The notes under the pieces: generated by a model
What the model saw: the letters and a program-made list of their open reading frames with translations, nothing else
Told to the model about the DNA's origin: nothing
Database searches by the model: none
DNA from: a bacterium
GTDB lineage: Bacteria > UBP7 > UBA6624 > JBBIMK01
Assembly (NCBI GenBank): GCA_037444445.1
Contig: JBBIMK010000001.1
Span: 120,001 to 152,000, forward strand
Direction of reading: 5' to 3'
DNA length: 32,000 nt
Part shown: piece after piece, positions 9,095-17,329 of the stretch
Position numbering within the stretch: position 1 is the stretch's first letter
Layout: every line of letters begins with the position of its first letter
Program-made: the position numbers and the translations under genes

Positions 9095-10293
9095 CTTTTC
9101 CTCCTCCTTTTTTTCCACACCGAGGCAAGGAAGTTCAAAATTTCTCTCGCCACTTCACTTTTGGATTGAAGAGGGAAGGTCTGGACCTTCTCTTGCCCGG
9201 TAACGAATAGGACACGGTTGGTATCCGAAGCGAATCCACTATCGGGAGTGGAAACGTCATTAACCACCAGGAGGTCCAGGTTTTTTTGAGAGAATTTTTG
9301 TTGGTAGAAATCCGGTTTGTGGGCGAGGCCCCATTGAGCGGAGAACCCTACGAGGATACGATTTTTTTTTCGTCGCCCCATTTCCTGCAGGATGTCCGGT
9401 GTTTGAGTCAGGTTGAGCTGGAAACTTTTTCCATAGGTATTTTTTCCTGGTTTGCCGGACCTTGGATGAGCAGGGGAAAAATCAGAAACGGCAGCGGCCA
9501 TCACTACCGCATCCACCTGATTCCAATTGTGGAAGCAAGCGTCCCGCATTTCTTTTGCTGTTTTCACCTGCTCCATCTTAACATTCCACGGTGGAGGTAA
9601 CAGTGTGGGACCCGTGATGAGACGAACTTCCGCTCCCCGCTGTGCCGCTTCCTCAGCGATAATATAGCCCATTTTTCCGGTGGAAGGATTGGAAAGAAAT
9701 CGGATGTCATCCAGAGGTTCCCGCGTGGGTCCGGCTGTAACCAATAGTTTCATTCCAGATAAGGTTTTGGGTATCAGAGAGGCTTCAATTTCTCCCACTA
9801 TCCGGTCAATATTGAGGAGTTTCCCGGGGCCCATTTCTCCACACGCTGCTATCCCTTCTTCCACGGGCAGAACCTGAAATCCAAGCCGTTTCAATTTCTG
9901 TATATTTTCCTGGACGATGGGATTTTGGTACATCTCAGGGTTCATAGCGGGGGCGAGGAAAGCCGTTTTGGTTTTACACAGAAGGAGACAACTGAGCAAA
10001 TCATCACCCAGCCCGGCAGCGAGTTTTCCGATAAAATCTGCCGTAACCGGTGCTACCAGCAATGCCTCGTGATTTCGCTCTAACTCTATATGCAACATTC
10101 GTCCGCTCTCAAATAAATTCGTGTAGACCGGGCGTCCGGTCAGAGATTCAAAAGTAATGGGGGTAACAAAGGCTTGTGCTGCTTGCGTCATCACCACCGT
10201 CACTTCATGCCCCTTCAGCCGCAACTGCCTGACCAGTTCACAGGCTTTGTAAGCGGCGATGCTTCCGGTCACTCCCACCAGAATCCGGCTCAT
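9091..10293 (-). CDS. coaBC: bifunctional phosphopantothenoylcysteine decarboxylase / phosphopantothenate-cysteine ligase
   Basis: 400 aa. N-terminal flavoprotein domain (ILVGVTGSIAAYK) plus the C-terminal CoaB domain. ATGA overlap with the rpoZ stop. Confidence 0.95.
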   Translation of the reverse strand: MSRILVGVTGSIAAYKACELVRQLRLKGHEVTVVMTQAAQAFVTPITFESLTGRPVYTNLFESGRMLHIELERNHEALLVAPVTADFIGKLAAGLGDDLLSCLLLCKTKTAFLAPAMNPEMYQNPIVQENIQKLKRLGFQVLPVEEGIAACGEMGPGKLLNIDRIVGEIEASLIPKTLSGMKLLVTAGPTREPLDDIRFLSNPSTGKMGYIIAEEAAQRGAEVRLITGPTLLPPPWNVKMEQVKTAKEMRDACFHNWNQVDAVVMAAAVSDFSPAHPRSGKPGKNTYGKSFQLNLTQTPDILQEMGRRKKNRILVGFSAQWGLAHKPDFYQQKFSQKNLDLLVVNDVSTPDSGFASDTNRVLFVTGQEKVQTFPLQSKSEVAREILNFLASVWKKRRRKR

Positions 10294-10604
10294 TCCTCGT
10301 CCACTCTAACTTCCATCCAGCCCTCTTCCGGATATTCCATCAATTCCCGATAGGTGTTCGTGGGGAGTTCGGGCTGGATTTGCCCGCTCAAGAGTTCTGC
10401 AATGGCAATGTCAATGGGGCTATCCTGGGCAGGGTCGCATTCTACCAGAGGCTCCACCATCCCATTGGTTAAATCCCGGGCACGACGAGCAATGGTATTC
10501 ACCAGAATATACCGGTTGGGGATAACTTTGAGAAGCCGGTCCAGAGGAGGATGAGCCGCATCTCGCTTCCTCCCAAGAATCTCATTGATTTTCGGTTTCA
10601 CCAT
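10290..10604 (-). CDS. rpoZ: DNA-directed RNA polymerase subunit omega
   Basis: 104 aa. NRYILVNTIARRARDL matches the omega core motif. Lies in the conserved gmk-rpoZ-coaBC context. Confidence 0.85.
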   Translation of the reverse strand: MVKPKINEILGRKRDAAHPPLDRLLKVIPNRYILVNTIARRARDLTNGMVEPLVECDPAQDSPIDIAIAELLSGQIQPELPTNTYRELMEYPEEGWMEVRVDEE

Positions 10605-10625
10605 CTTTAACCTCCTCCCCTTGTT

Positions 10626-11213
10626 TTATTTCAGTATCGGTAAAGGCAGACGATTCACCCGGCGAAAAGTTTTGCAGTATTCAGCCCGGAGAATCCCAAT
10701 GAGGTCCTGCGTCGCCTGGGTCAGGTCATCATTCACTACCAGGTAATCATACTTTGGGAGAGCCTGCACTTCTTGATGAGCATTCCGAAACCGTAGAGCG
10801 CCCTCCTTTTTATTCAGTCTCCGTTTCCGCATTCGTTCTTGAAGAATTTCCCATTGAGAAGGCAGAATGAAAACCAGCACAGCCTGAGGATATTTTTCTT
10901 TCACGACTAACCCACCCTGAATATCCAGAACCAGGAGAACTGCTTTCCCTTCTTGCAAGGGCTTATCCAAACTTTTCCAGGGGCTACCATAAAGATGTCC
11001 GTGCACTCTTGCCCACTCCAGGAAAAAGGAAGACTTCACCATCGCTTTAAAGTCCTTCACGCTCACGAAGTGATAATCATGATGGTTTTTTTCACCGGGC
11101 CTTTTAGGGCGAGTGGTATAGGTGACCACCTTCTCCACGATACCACCGAAATGCTTAATCATTTCCTGTGCAAGCGTGTCTTTCCCTGCCCCTGAGGGTC
11201 CGGATAAAACCAT
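10626..11213 (-). CDS. gmk: guanylate kinase
   Basis: 195 aa. P-loop SGPSGAGKDT, TTRPKRPGE and YHFVS motifs. Confidence 0.94.
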   Translation of the reverse strand: MVLSGPSGAGKDTLAQEMIKHFGGIVEKVVTYTTRPKRPGEKNHHDYHFVSVKDFKAMVKSSFFLEWARVHGHLYGSPWKSLDKPLQEGKAVLLVLDIQGGLVVKEKYPQAVLVFILPSQWEILQERMRKRRLNKKEGALRFRNAHQEVQALPKYDYLVVNDDLTQATQDLIGILRAEYCKTFRRVNRLPLPILK

Positions 11214-11285
11214 TAAGACCCCTTTTCTCAGGCTTTCAGAAGTTAATCCTGACTTTTCTATCGTCTTCGTGCCTCGCCAGAGGAT

Positions 11286-11314
11286 AGTTTACCACACCTC
11301 TCTCTTTTACTCAA
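11286..11314 (-). promoter_or_regulatory. candidate promoter for the gmk string (TTGAGT-17-TAAACT with TGn extension)
   Basis: The minus strand reads TTGAGT aaaagagagaggtgtgg TAAACT, about 73 nt upstream of the gmk ATG. Hexamer match only. Confidence 0.3.
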
Positions 11315-11378
11315 GTTTTCAAGCGAATTCATTCTCTGCTCAATATTTTACAGGTTTTCCTCTGGCGTTTGCATGAAT

Positions 11379-11404
11379 CCACAGGTTGAAATTTCATTCT
11401 GTGG
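11379..11404. promoter_or_regulatory. 26-bp near-perfect palindrome CCACAG-gt-TGAAATTTCA-tt-CTGTGG (candidate operator)
   Basis: Read directly from the sequence: 22 of 26 positions are self-complementary. Lies between the divergent gmk and suf transcription units. Confidence 0.4.
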
Positions 11405-11436
11405 CGTGTTTTCTGAATAAGAAACCCTTTTATTAT

Positions 11437-11451
11437 TGAGAATGATTATCA
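11437..11451. promoter_or_regulatory. Fur-type 7-1-7 box TGAGAAT-G-ATTATCA
   Basis: 14 of 15 match to the TGATAAT-N-ATTATCA Fur consensus. Lies 16 nt upstream of the suf -35 hexamer. Confidence 0.5.
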
Positions 11452-11466
11452 AAAATCAAAAAAATG

Positions 11467-11495
11467 TTGACAGAATTTGACTTATCCCCTATAAT
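11467..11495 (+). promoter_or_regulatory. sigma70-type promoter of the suf operon (TTGACA-17 nt-TATAAT)
   Basis: Perfect consensus hexamers at 11467-11472 and 11490-11495 with a 17-nt spacer. AAGGA Shine-Dalgarno sequence and sufC ATG at 11517. Confidence 0.7.
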
Positions 11496-11516
11496 AATAT
11501 TGGTGATTGGATAAGG

Positions 11517-12320
11517 ATGGAAAACGGAACGGATTTGGAAATTAGGAACCTGGTGGTTTCCACCGGGGGGAAGCAGATTTTGAAAGGGGTAAATTTAACG
11601 ATTCGGAAAGGGGAAATCCATGCTCTTATGGGTCCCAACGGAAGTGGTAAAAGCACTCTGGCTTTGACCTTGATGGGACATCCCCGATATCTAATAGAAG
11701 AGGGGAAAATAGTCTATAAGGGGCATAATATACTGGAAATGAAAGCGGATGAACGGGCTCGGATGGGCTTGTTTTTGGGCTTTCAGTATCCCTTTGAAAT
11801 CAAGGGGGTGATGTTCTCTCACCTGCTCTGGAACGCTTATACGGCACTGAAGGGCATTCCAACTGAAGATGGGAAGAAGAAAACTCCCCTGAGTCCTCTG
11901 GAATTTCGGAAGCTACTCTCTGAAAAACTGAAATTGCTGGAAATGGACGAATCCTACGCGGACCGCTATGTGAATGATGGATTTTCCGGAGGTGAGAAGA
12001 AACGGGCTGAAATTCTTCAATTAGCGGTTCTTCAACCGGAAATAGCCATTCTGGATGAAACCGATTCAGGCCTGGATATAGATGCGCTGAAGATTGTGGC
12101 TCATGGAGTTAACTCCCTATCGGGACCCCATATGGGCATCTTGCTCATTACCCACTACCAGCGAATTTTGCGATACATCCAGCCTCAATTCGTTCATGTG
12201 ATGGTAGAAGGAAAAATTGTTCGCACGGGAGGATATGAACTCTCCCAGGAACTGGAAGCCAGAGGGTATAACTGGATTCTGGAAGAACTGGCAAAAGAAA
12301 CTGTCACACAGAATACATAA
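11517..12320 (+). CDS. sufC: Fe-S cluster assembly ATPase SufC
   Basis: 267 aa. Walker [10 protein letters not shown], signature FSGGEKKR, Walker [11 protein letters not shown] and H-loop THY. First gene of the suf cluster. Confidence 0.95.
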   Translation: MENGTDLEIRNLVVSTGGKQILKGVNLTIRKGEIHALMGPNGSGKSTLALTLMGHPRYLIEEGKIVYKGHNILEMKADERARMGLFLGFQYPFEIKGVMFSHLLWNAYTALKGIPTEDGKKKTPLSPLEFRKLLSEKLKLLEMDESYADRYVNDGFSGGEKKRAEILQLAVLQPEIAILDETDSGLDIDALKIVAHGVNSLSGPHMGILLITHYQRILRYIQPQFVHVMVEGKIVRTGGYELSQELEARGYNWILEELAKETVTQNT

Positions 12321-12333
12321 AGGAGGTGGAGTT

Positions 12334-13740
12334 ATGGCACTGAAAGAAACACCCGTATTAGATTTTGGATACGACAGATATGATTTCAAAGACCCGGAGC
12401 AATATGTATATAAATCCAGGAAGGGGCTTTCTAAGCAAGTGGTGGAGGAGATTTCAGGGCTGAAAGGGGAGCCCGACTGGATGCGTCAATTTCGCCTGAA
12501 GTCACTGGAAATTTTTCGGAAGAAATCTCTGCCCACCTGGGGGGGCGACCTGTCCACTTTGAACTTCGACGAAATCTATTATTATGTCCGCCCCACAGAG
12601 AAGCAGAGGCACTCCTGGGATGAAGTTCCAGAATACATTAAGAATACTTTTGACCGGCTCGGGATTCCCGAGGCAGAGCGGAAGTTTCTGGCAGGAGTTG
12701 GCGCCCAGTATGAATCCGAAGTCGTTTATCACAAGATTCGCTCGGACCTGGAAAAAGAGGGTGTCATTTTCCTGGACACTGACACCGCTGTCCGGGAGCA
12801 TTCAGACATCGTGAAGCAGTATTTTGGCACCGTGGTTCCTCCAGAGGATAATAAGTTTGCTGCCCTGAACAGCGCTGTCTGGAGTGGTGGCTCTTTCATC
12901 TATGTGCCGGAGGGGGTCCATGTGGAAATGCCCCTTCAAGCCTATTTCCGGATTAATGCCCAGAACATGGGGCAGTTTGAAAGGACTCTCATTATTGCCG
13001 AGCCGGGGTCCTTCGTGCATTACATTGAGGGGTGCACGGCGCCCGTGTATTCTACCGACTCTCTCCACTCCGCCGTGGTAGAAATCATCGTGAAGAAGGG
13101 CGCCCGTGTTCGCTACACCACCATCCAGAACTGGTCCAAAAATGTGTATAACCTCGTCACCAAGCGAACCGTTGCCTACGAAGACGCTACAATGGAATGG
13201 GTGGATGGAAACCTCGGGAGTAAACTCACGATGAAATATCCCTCGGTGTATCTCCTGGCTCCGGGGGCTAAGGGTGATATTCTTTCTATCGCCTTCGCCG
13301 GGCGCGACCAGCATCAGGATGCGGGAGGTAAGGTGGTTCATGTGGCTCCTTACACCACTTCCACCATCGTTTCCAAATCCATCAGCAAGGAAAATGGACG
13401 AGCCTCTTACCGCGGGCTGTTGAAAGTGCACAAGGGAGCGGTGGGTGTTCGCTCCAGCGTGCGTTGTGATGCTCTCCTTCTGGATGAAACCTCCCGCACC
13501 GACACTTACCCTTACATTGAAATTGAAGAAGAACAGGTGACCGTGGGGCACGAAGCCACTGTCGGAAAAGTCGGTGACGACCAGATTTTCTACCTCATGT
13601 CCAGAGGAATCTCGGAAGCGGAGGCCCTCTCTATGATTGTCATGGGATTTATTGAGCCCTTCGCCAAGGAACTTCCAATGGAATATGCGGTAGAGTTGAA
13701 CCGCCTTATTGAGTTAGAAATGGAAGGCTCCGTGGGGTAA
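12334..13740 (+). CDS. sufB: Fe-S cluster assembly scaffold SufB
   Basis: Start moved to ATG 12334 ([14 protein letters not shown]), which has AGGAGG 8 nt upstream. The ORF-track 5' extension (from 12217) lies inside sufC. The C-terminal [13 protein letters not shown] region is typical of SufB. Confidence 0.94.
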   Translation: MALKETPVLDFGYDRYDFKDPEQYVYKSRKGLSKQVVEEISGLKGEPDWMRQFRLKSLEIFRKKSLPTWGGDLSTLNFDEIYYYVRPTEKQRHSWDEVPEYIKNTFDRLGIPEAERKFLAGVGAQYESEVVYHKIRSDLEKEGVIFLDTDTAVREHSDIVKQYFGTVVPPEDNKFAALNSAVWSGGSFIYVPEGVHVEMPLQAYFRINAQNMGQFERTLIIAEPGSFVHYIEGCTAPVYSTDSLHSAVVEIIVKKGARVRYTTIQNWSKNVYNLVTKRTVAYEDATMEWVDGNLGSKLTMKYPSVYLLAPGAKGDILSIAFAGRDQHQDAGGKVVHVAPYTTSTIVSKSISKENGRASYRGLLKVHKGAVGVRSSVRCDALLLDETSRTDTYPYIEIEEEQVTVGHEATVGKVGDDQIFYLMSRGISEAEALSMIVMGFIEPFAKELPMEYAVELNRLIELEMEGSVG

Positions 13741-13778
13741 TTTCCCCTTGATTTTTTTCCCTTACCTCATACAATTAG

Positions 13779-15125
13779 ATGGAGAATGACAGGATGAAAC
13801 AGGAAGGAGAAGTTTGTTATCTGGATGAGGATGCAGTTTATCGGCTTTCCCGCCACTTAGATGAACCCGAATGGGTGATGGAAAAGCGTCGGAAGGCGTT
13901 TCACATTGCCGAATCGCTTCCTCTTCCTTCCTCCCGTTACACCGATTTAAGAAGGCTCAACCTGAAAAAAATTCAGATTTCTCTACCTGCGATAGAGAAA
14001 TCTTCAGAAGGGGTTCCCGTTTGGATGGGCTCCGCATTTAAGGAAAATACCGTGTTCGTGCAAAGGGATTCCACGGTGGTCTATCAACATCTGCCGGAGT
14101 CTCTGAGTCTGAAAGGAGTGATACTGGCGGATTTTCATACCGCCGTTCAAGAACATCCTGACCTTCTCAAACGCTACTGGATGACAGAAAACATTTCTTC
14201 GGAAGCCGGGAAAATGTGCGCTCTTCTCGGGGCTTTTAATACGGGTGGACTTTTTCTCTATATCCCGGAAGGGATACAGATTCCATTTCCACTCCACATC
14301 CGATTCTTGAACTCTACAAAAGGAATCAGCCTGTTTACGCCTCTCCTGATGATACTGGAAAAGGGGAGTGGAGTTACTTTCCTGCAGGAATTCCATTCGG
14401 TTTTTGGAGAGTCTGAATCGGAGAGAGGGGATGGACTTCCACCCGGGTGCTATACGCAGGTGGTGGAAGTATTCCTGAAGGAAGGAGCATCCCTCCATTT
14501 CGCTTCGCTGGAAAACCACCATATCCAAATGCCAGCATTCTATTTTAAAAAAGCCATCCTGGGGAGTGAATCAAAGGTAAACTGGACAGTGGGGTGGATG
14601 GGAGGTGATATTACTCAATCCCGCCTGGATAATCATCTCATAGGAGAGGGAGCACAGGCAGAGGACCTGCAAATTTTTTTCGGTGCAGGGCATCAGCATT
14701 ACGACCTTTCCTCCAATCTGGTTCACAAGGCACGCCGGACCTCGGGGGATGTTCTCGTGAAAGGGGTCTTACGGGATCGGGCTCGTTCAGTTTTCCAGGG
14801 GCTCATTCAGATTTTGCCCGAGGGGCAAAACGCCAACGCTTATCAAGCCGCTCATACGATGTTGTTGAATGCAGGCGCCCGCTCCGATGCCATTCCTTCA
14901 TTGGAAATCCAGGCGAATGATGTCCGTTGCACTCACTCTGCTTCTACCGGGCAAATTGACGAGGACCAGGTTTTCTACTTGATGAGTCGTGGACTGACGG
15001 AAAATGAAGCCAAGAAAATGATGGTGGAAGGATTCTTCGAGCCAGCAGTTCGCCGAATTCCCATCTGTGGTGTTCAAGAATCTTTTAAACGTTTGGTTGA
15101 CCAAAAATGGCGCGGGACGCCATAG
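13779..15125 (+). CDS. sufD: Fe-S cluster assembly protein SufD
   Basis: 448 aa. SufB/D-family beta-helix region with a C-terminal DEDQVFYLMSRGLTENEA. Follows sufB. Confidence 0.9.
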   Translation: MENDRMKQEGEVCYLDEDAVYRLSRHLDEPEWVMEKRRKAFHIAESLPLPSSRYTDLRRLNLKKIQISLPAIEKSSEGVPVWMGSAFKENTVFVQRDSTVVYQHLPESLSLKGVILADFHTAVQEHPDLLKRYWMTENISSEAGKMCALLGAFNTGGLFLYIPEGIQIPFPLHIRFLNSTKGISLFTPLLMILEKGSGVTFLQEFHSVFGESESERGDGLPPGCYTQVVEVFLKEGASLHFASLENHHIQMPAFYFKKAILGSESKVNWTVGWMGGDITQSRLDNHLIGEGAQAEDLQIFFGAGHQHYDLSSNLVHKARRTSGDVLVKGVLRDRARSVFQGLIQILPEGQNANAYQAAHTMLLNAGARSDAIPSLEIQANDVRCTHSASTGQIDEDQVFYLMSRGLTENEAKKMMVEGFFEPAVRRIPICGVQESFKRLVDQKWRGTP

Positions 15126-15194
15126 AACCTCCCTGTCAACATCTCTCCCCGAAATTATTTCGGTTTTCTATTCTCAAACTCCTTCCATTATAAA

Positions 15195-15590
15195 ATGATG
15201 AATCTGTATCGCGAATTTATCCTGGACCACTACAAGAATCCAAGAAATTACGGAGAAATGGAAACCCCAGACATCCAGTACCAGGAGGGCAATCCTCTCT
15301 GCGGTGATGAAATTCAAATTGCCTTAAAATTAAAGGATGGTGTGGTGGAGGATGTGAAATTCAAAGGGCATGGCTGCGCTATCAGTATGGCTTCTACTTC
15401 CATTCTCACAGAAATGATTAAAGGGAAGAGCCTGGATGAAGTGAAAAAAATAGGAAAGGATGAAATGCTTCAAGCCCTCTATATTCCTATTGGTCCTACC
15501 CGGTTGAAGTGCGCCCTGCTCGGCTTAAAAGTTCTCAAAGCGGGGGTGTATGGTATTCACGAATGGCCTGGAGAAGAGGAGGACAAGTGA
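15195..15590 (+). CDS. sufU: SUF-type Fe-S scaffold / sulfur acceptor (SufU/IscU-like)
   Basis: 131 aa. Three conserved Cys, in GNPLCGD, GHGCAISMAS and RLKCALL. Confidence 0.85.
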   Translation: MMNLYREFILDHYKNPRNYGEMETPDIQYQEGNPLCGDEIQIALKLKDGVVEDVKFKGHGCAISMASTSILTEMIKGKSLDEVKKIGKDEMLQALYIPIGPTRLKCALLGLKVLKAGVYGIHEWPGEEEDK

Positions 15591-15596
15591 GCCTTC

Positions 15597-15911
15597 ATGA
15601 AAAAATGGATAGAAGTGGGAACTGTGGAGGAGCTGAAAAAAAACGGACATATGACCATCTATATCCACAGCGACCGGGTCGCTGTTTTCTTTGCTCAGGG
15701 TGAATACTTCGCTATGGAAGATGTGTGCACCCATGCCGAAGCCTCCCTGTCTGAAGGCGAAGTGGAAGGTCAGACGGTGATTTGCCCTTTACACGGGTCA
15801 CGATTTGATTTGCGAACGGGAACTGCTCTCTCTCTGCCGGCTGTCTCTTCCGTCCGAACCTTCCCTGTAAAGGTGGAAAAAGAAAGGGTCTATGTGGAAG
15901 TGGAGGAATAA
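15597..15911 (+). CDS. Rieske [2Fe-2S] ferredoxin-like protein
   Basis: 104 aa. CTH..(x17)..CPLHGSRF is the Rieske CxH / CxxH ligand pattern. Embedded between sufU and sufS. Confidence 0.85.
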   Translation: MKKWIEVGTVEELKKNGHMTIYIHSDRVAVFFAQGEYFAMEDVCTHAEASLSEGEVEGQTVICPLHGSRFDLRTGTALSLPAVSSVRTFPVKVEKERVYVEVEE

Positions 15912-15965
15912 AACATCCTTGCTGTTATGGCGAGAAACAAGACAGATGGAAGGAGGTGAATCTGG

Positions 15966-17192
15966 ATGGCCGTAGTGACCACCCGAGTTCGGGAGGATTT
16001 CCCTATTCTCCAGCGAAAAGTGCACCAAAAACCACTCATTTATCTGGATAATGCTGCCACGACTCAAAAACCCTTATGCGTGATTGAAGCCGTTCAATCC
16101 TTTTACTCAGAGAACAATGCAAATGTCCATCGTGGCGTCCATACTCTCAGTGAAGAAGCCACGAGAAAGTATGAGCAGGCGCATAAAGATGTGGCAAACT
16201 TTATCGGGGCGAACTCCTGGCGAGAAATTGTGTTCACCCGCAATGCGACGGAAGCGGTCAACCTCGTGGCGTATGCCTGGGGGCTGTGGAATCTCAAGGA
16301 GGGTGATGAAGTCATCGTGTCCTTGATGGAGCATCACTCCAATATCGTTGCCTGTCTGAACTTGAAGCGGATGAAAGGTATTGAAGTGAAATTCATAGAT
16401 GTAACCCCTGACGGGCGATTGAATCTGGAACATTTTCAAACCCTCTTGAGCCCGAAAACTCGCCTCGTAGGCATTACTCATGCCTCCAATGTTCTGGGCA
16501 CCATCAACCCCGTAGATGAAGTGGTGAAAATGGCTAAAACTGTGGGGGCTCTCGTGCTGGTGGATGGAGCCCAGTCTATTCCCCATTTTTCCGTAAATGT
16601 TCAATCCATCGGTTGTGATTTCCTCGCCGGGTCGGGGCACAAAATGTTAGGACCTACCGGGATAGGCTTCCTCTATGCCCGCAAGGAACTCCTGCAGAAG
16701 ATGGAGCCATTCCTTTACGGCGGGGATATGATTATGGAAGTCACCACCGAGGGAGCCACCTGGAATGAACTCCCCTGGAAATACGAAGCAGGCACTCCCC
16801 ATGTGGCAGGAGGAATCGGTTTATCCGCCGCCATCGCCTATTTTCAGCACCTCGGAATGAACGAAATCGTGGAATTTGAAAGCCAACTCACTGAATATAC
16901 CTTCCAAAAATTATCTGAAGTTCCCGATATTATTCTCTACGGCCCGAGAAACACAGAAAATCGTCTGGGGGTTTTCTCCTTTAACCTGAAAGGAATTCAT
17001 CCCCACGATGTGGCGGGCTTGCTGGATGAAGACGGCATCGCCATTCGGAGTGGTCATCACTGCGCCCAGCCCTTGATGCGCCATCTGAATATCCTGGGTG
17101 CCTGCCGTGCCAGCCTCTACCTGTATAACACCACAGAAGAAATTGACCTGTTTATCCGCTCTCTCTACCGCATCCTGGACATCTTCTCCTGA
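15966..17192 (+). CDS. sufS: cysteine desulfurase SufS (group II)
   Basis: 408 aa. PLP-lysine motif SGHKMLGPTG and catalytic-Cys motif RSGHHCAQPL. GGAGGTGA Shine-Dalgarno sequence upstream. Confidence 0.95.
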   Translation: MAVVTTRVREDFPILQRKVHQKPLIYLDNAATTQKPLCVIEAVQSFYSENNANVHRGVHTLSEEATRKYEQAHKDVANFIGANSWREIVFTRNATEAVNLVAYAWGLWNLKEGDEVIVSLMEHHSNIVACLNLKRMKGIEVKFIDVTPDGRLNLEHFQTLLSPKTRLVGITHASNVLGTINPVDEVVKMAKTVGALVLVDGAQSIPHFSVNVQSIGCDFLAGSGHKMLGPTGIGFLYARKELLQKMEPFLYGGDMIMEVTTEGATWNELPWKYEAGTPHVAGGIGLSAAIAYFQHLGMNEIVEFESQLTEYTFQKLSEVPDIILYGPRNTENRLGVFSFNLKGIHPHDVAGLLDEDGIAIRSGHHCAQPLMRHLNILGACRASLYLYNTTEEIDLFIRSLYRILDIFS

Positions 17193-17329
17193 CTGAGTTA
17201 ACCGGGAGGCGTGATGATTTTCGCGTAGAAACGACCTTATGTCGTTCCACCTTCGTTCTGAGCTAAAGGTGTAGAATCCCACACGGGGAGGTATTTCCCC
17301 CTGAACTGGGAAAGGAGTTCTCTTCTCCT

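Noticed and set aside
9095-9118. MEKKEEEK N-terminal extension of the SurA/parvulin-like ORF
   Set aside because: It would overlap coaBC by 28 nt and place an acidic/basic stretch before the signal peptide. ATG 9094 gives a canonical signal peptide and an ATGA coupling junction. I cannot fully exclude it.
12217-12333. 5' extension of the sufB ORF inside sufC. A similar extension exists at 27041-27142 for the ABC ATPase inside btuF.
   Set aside because: Out-of-frame overlaps with well-supported upstream genes. Internal ATGs with good Shine-Dalgarno sequences (AGGAGG before 12334) give normal-length proteins.
12802-13551. Long antisense or out-of-frame ORFs inside strong genes: 12802-13551 (249 aa, antisense to sufB), 24294-24956 (220 aa, M16), 16107-16640 (177 aa, sufS), 14004-14528 (174 aa, sufD), 6428-6919 (163 aa, priA, same strand), 1646-2053 and 7-291
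   Set aside because: None has a recognisable family signature. All have skewed compositions (Arg/Gly/His/Ser-rich), and each is fully contained in a gene with unambiguous motifs. They are typical shadow ORFs.
17228-17301. Two short hairpins (GAAACGAC-cttat-GTCGTTCC, and GGGGA-ggtatt-TCCCC) in the convergent sufS/DASS gap, as bidirectional terminators
   Set aside because: The stems are only 5-7 bp and have no adjacent U-tract on either strand. I cannot support an intrinsic terminator from sequence alone.
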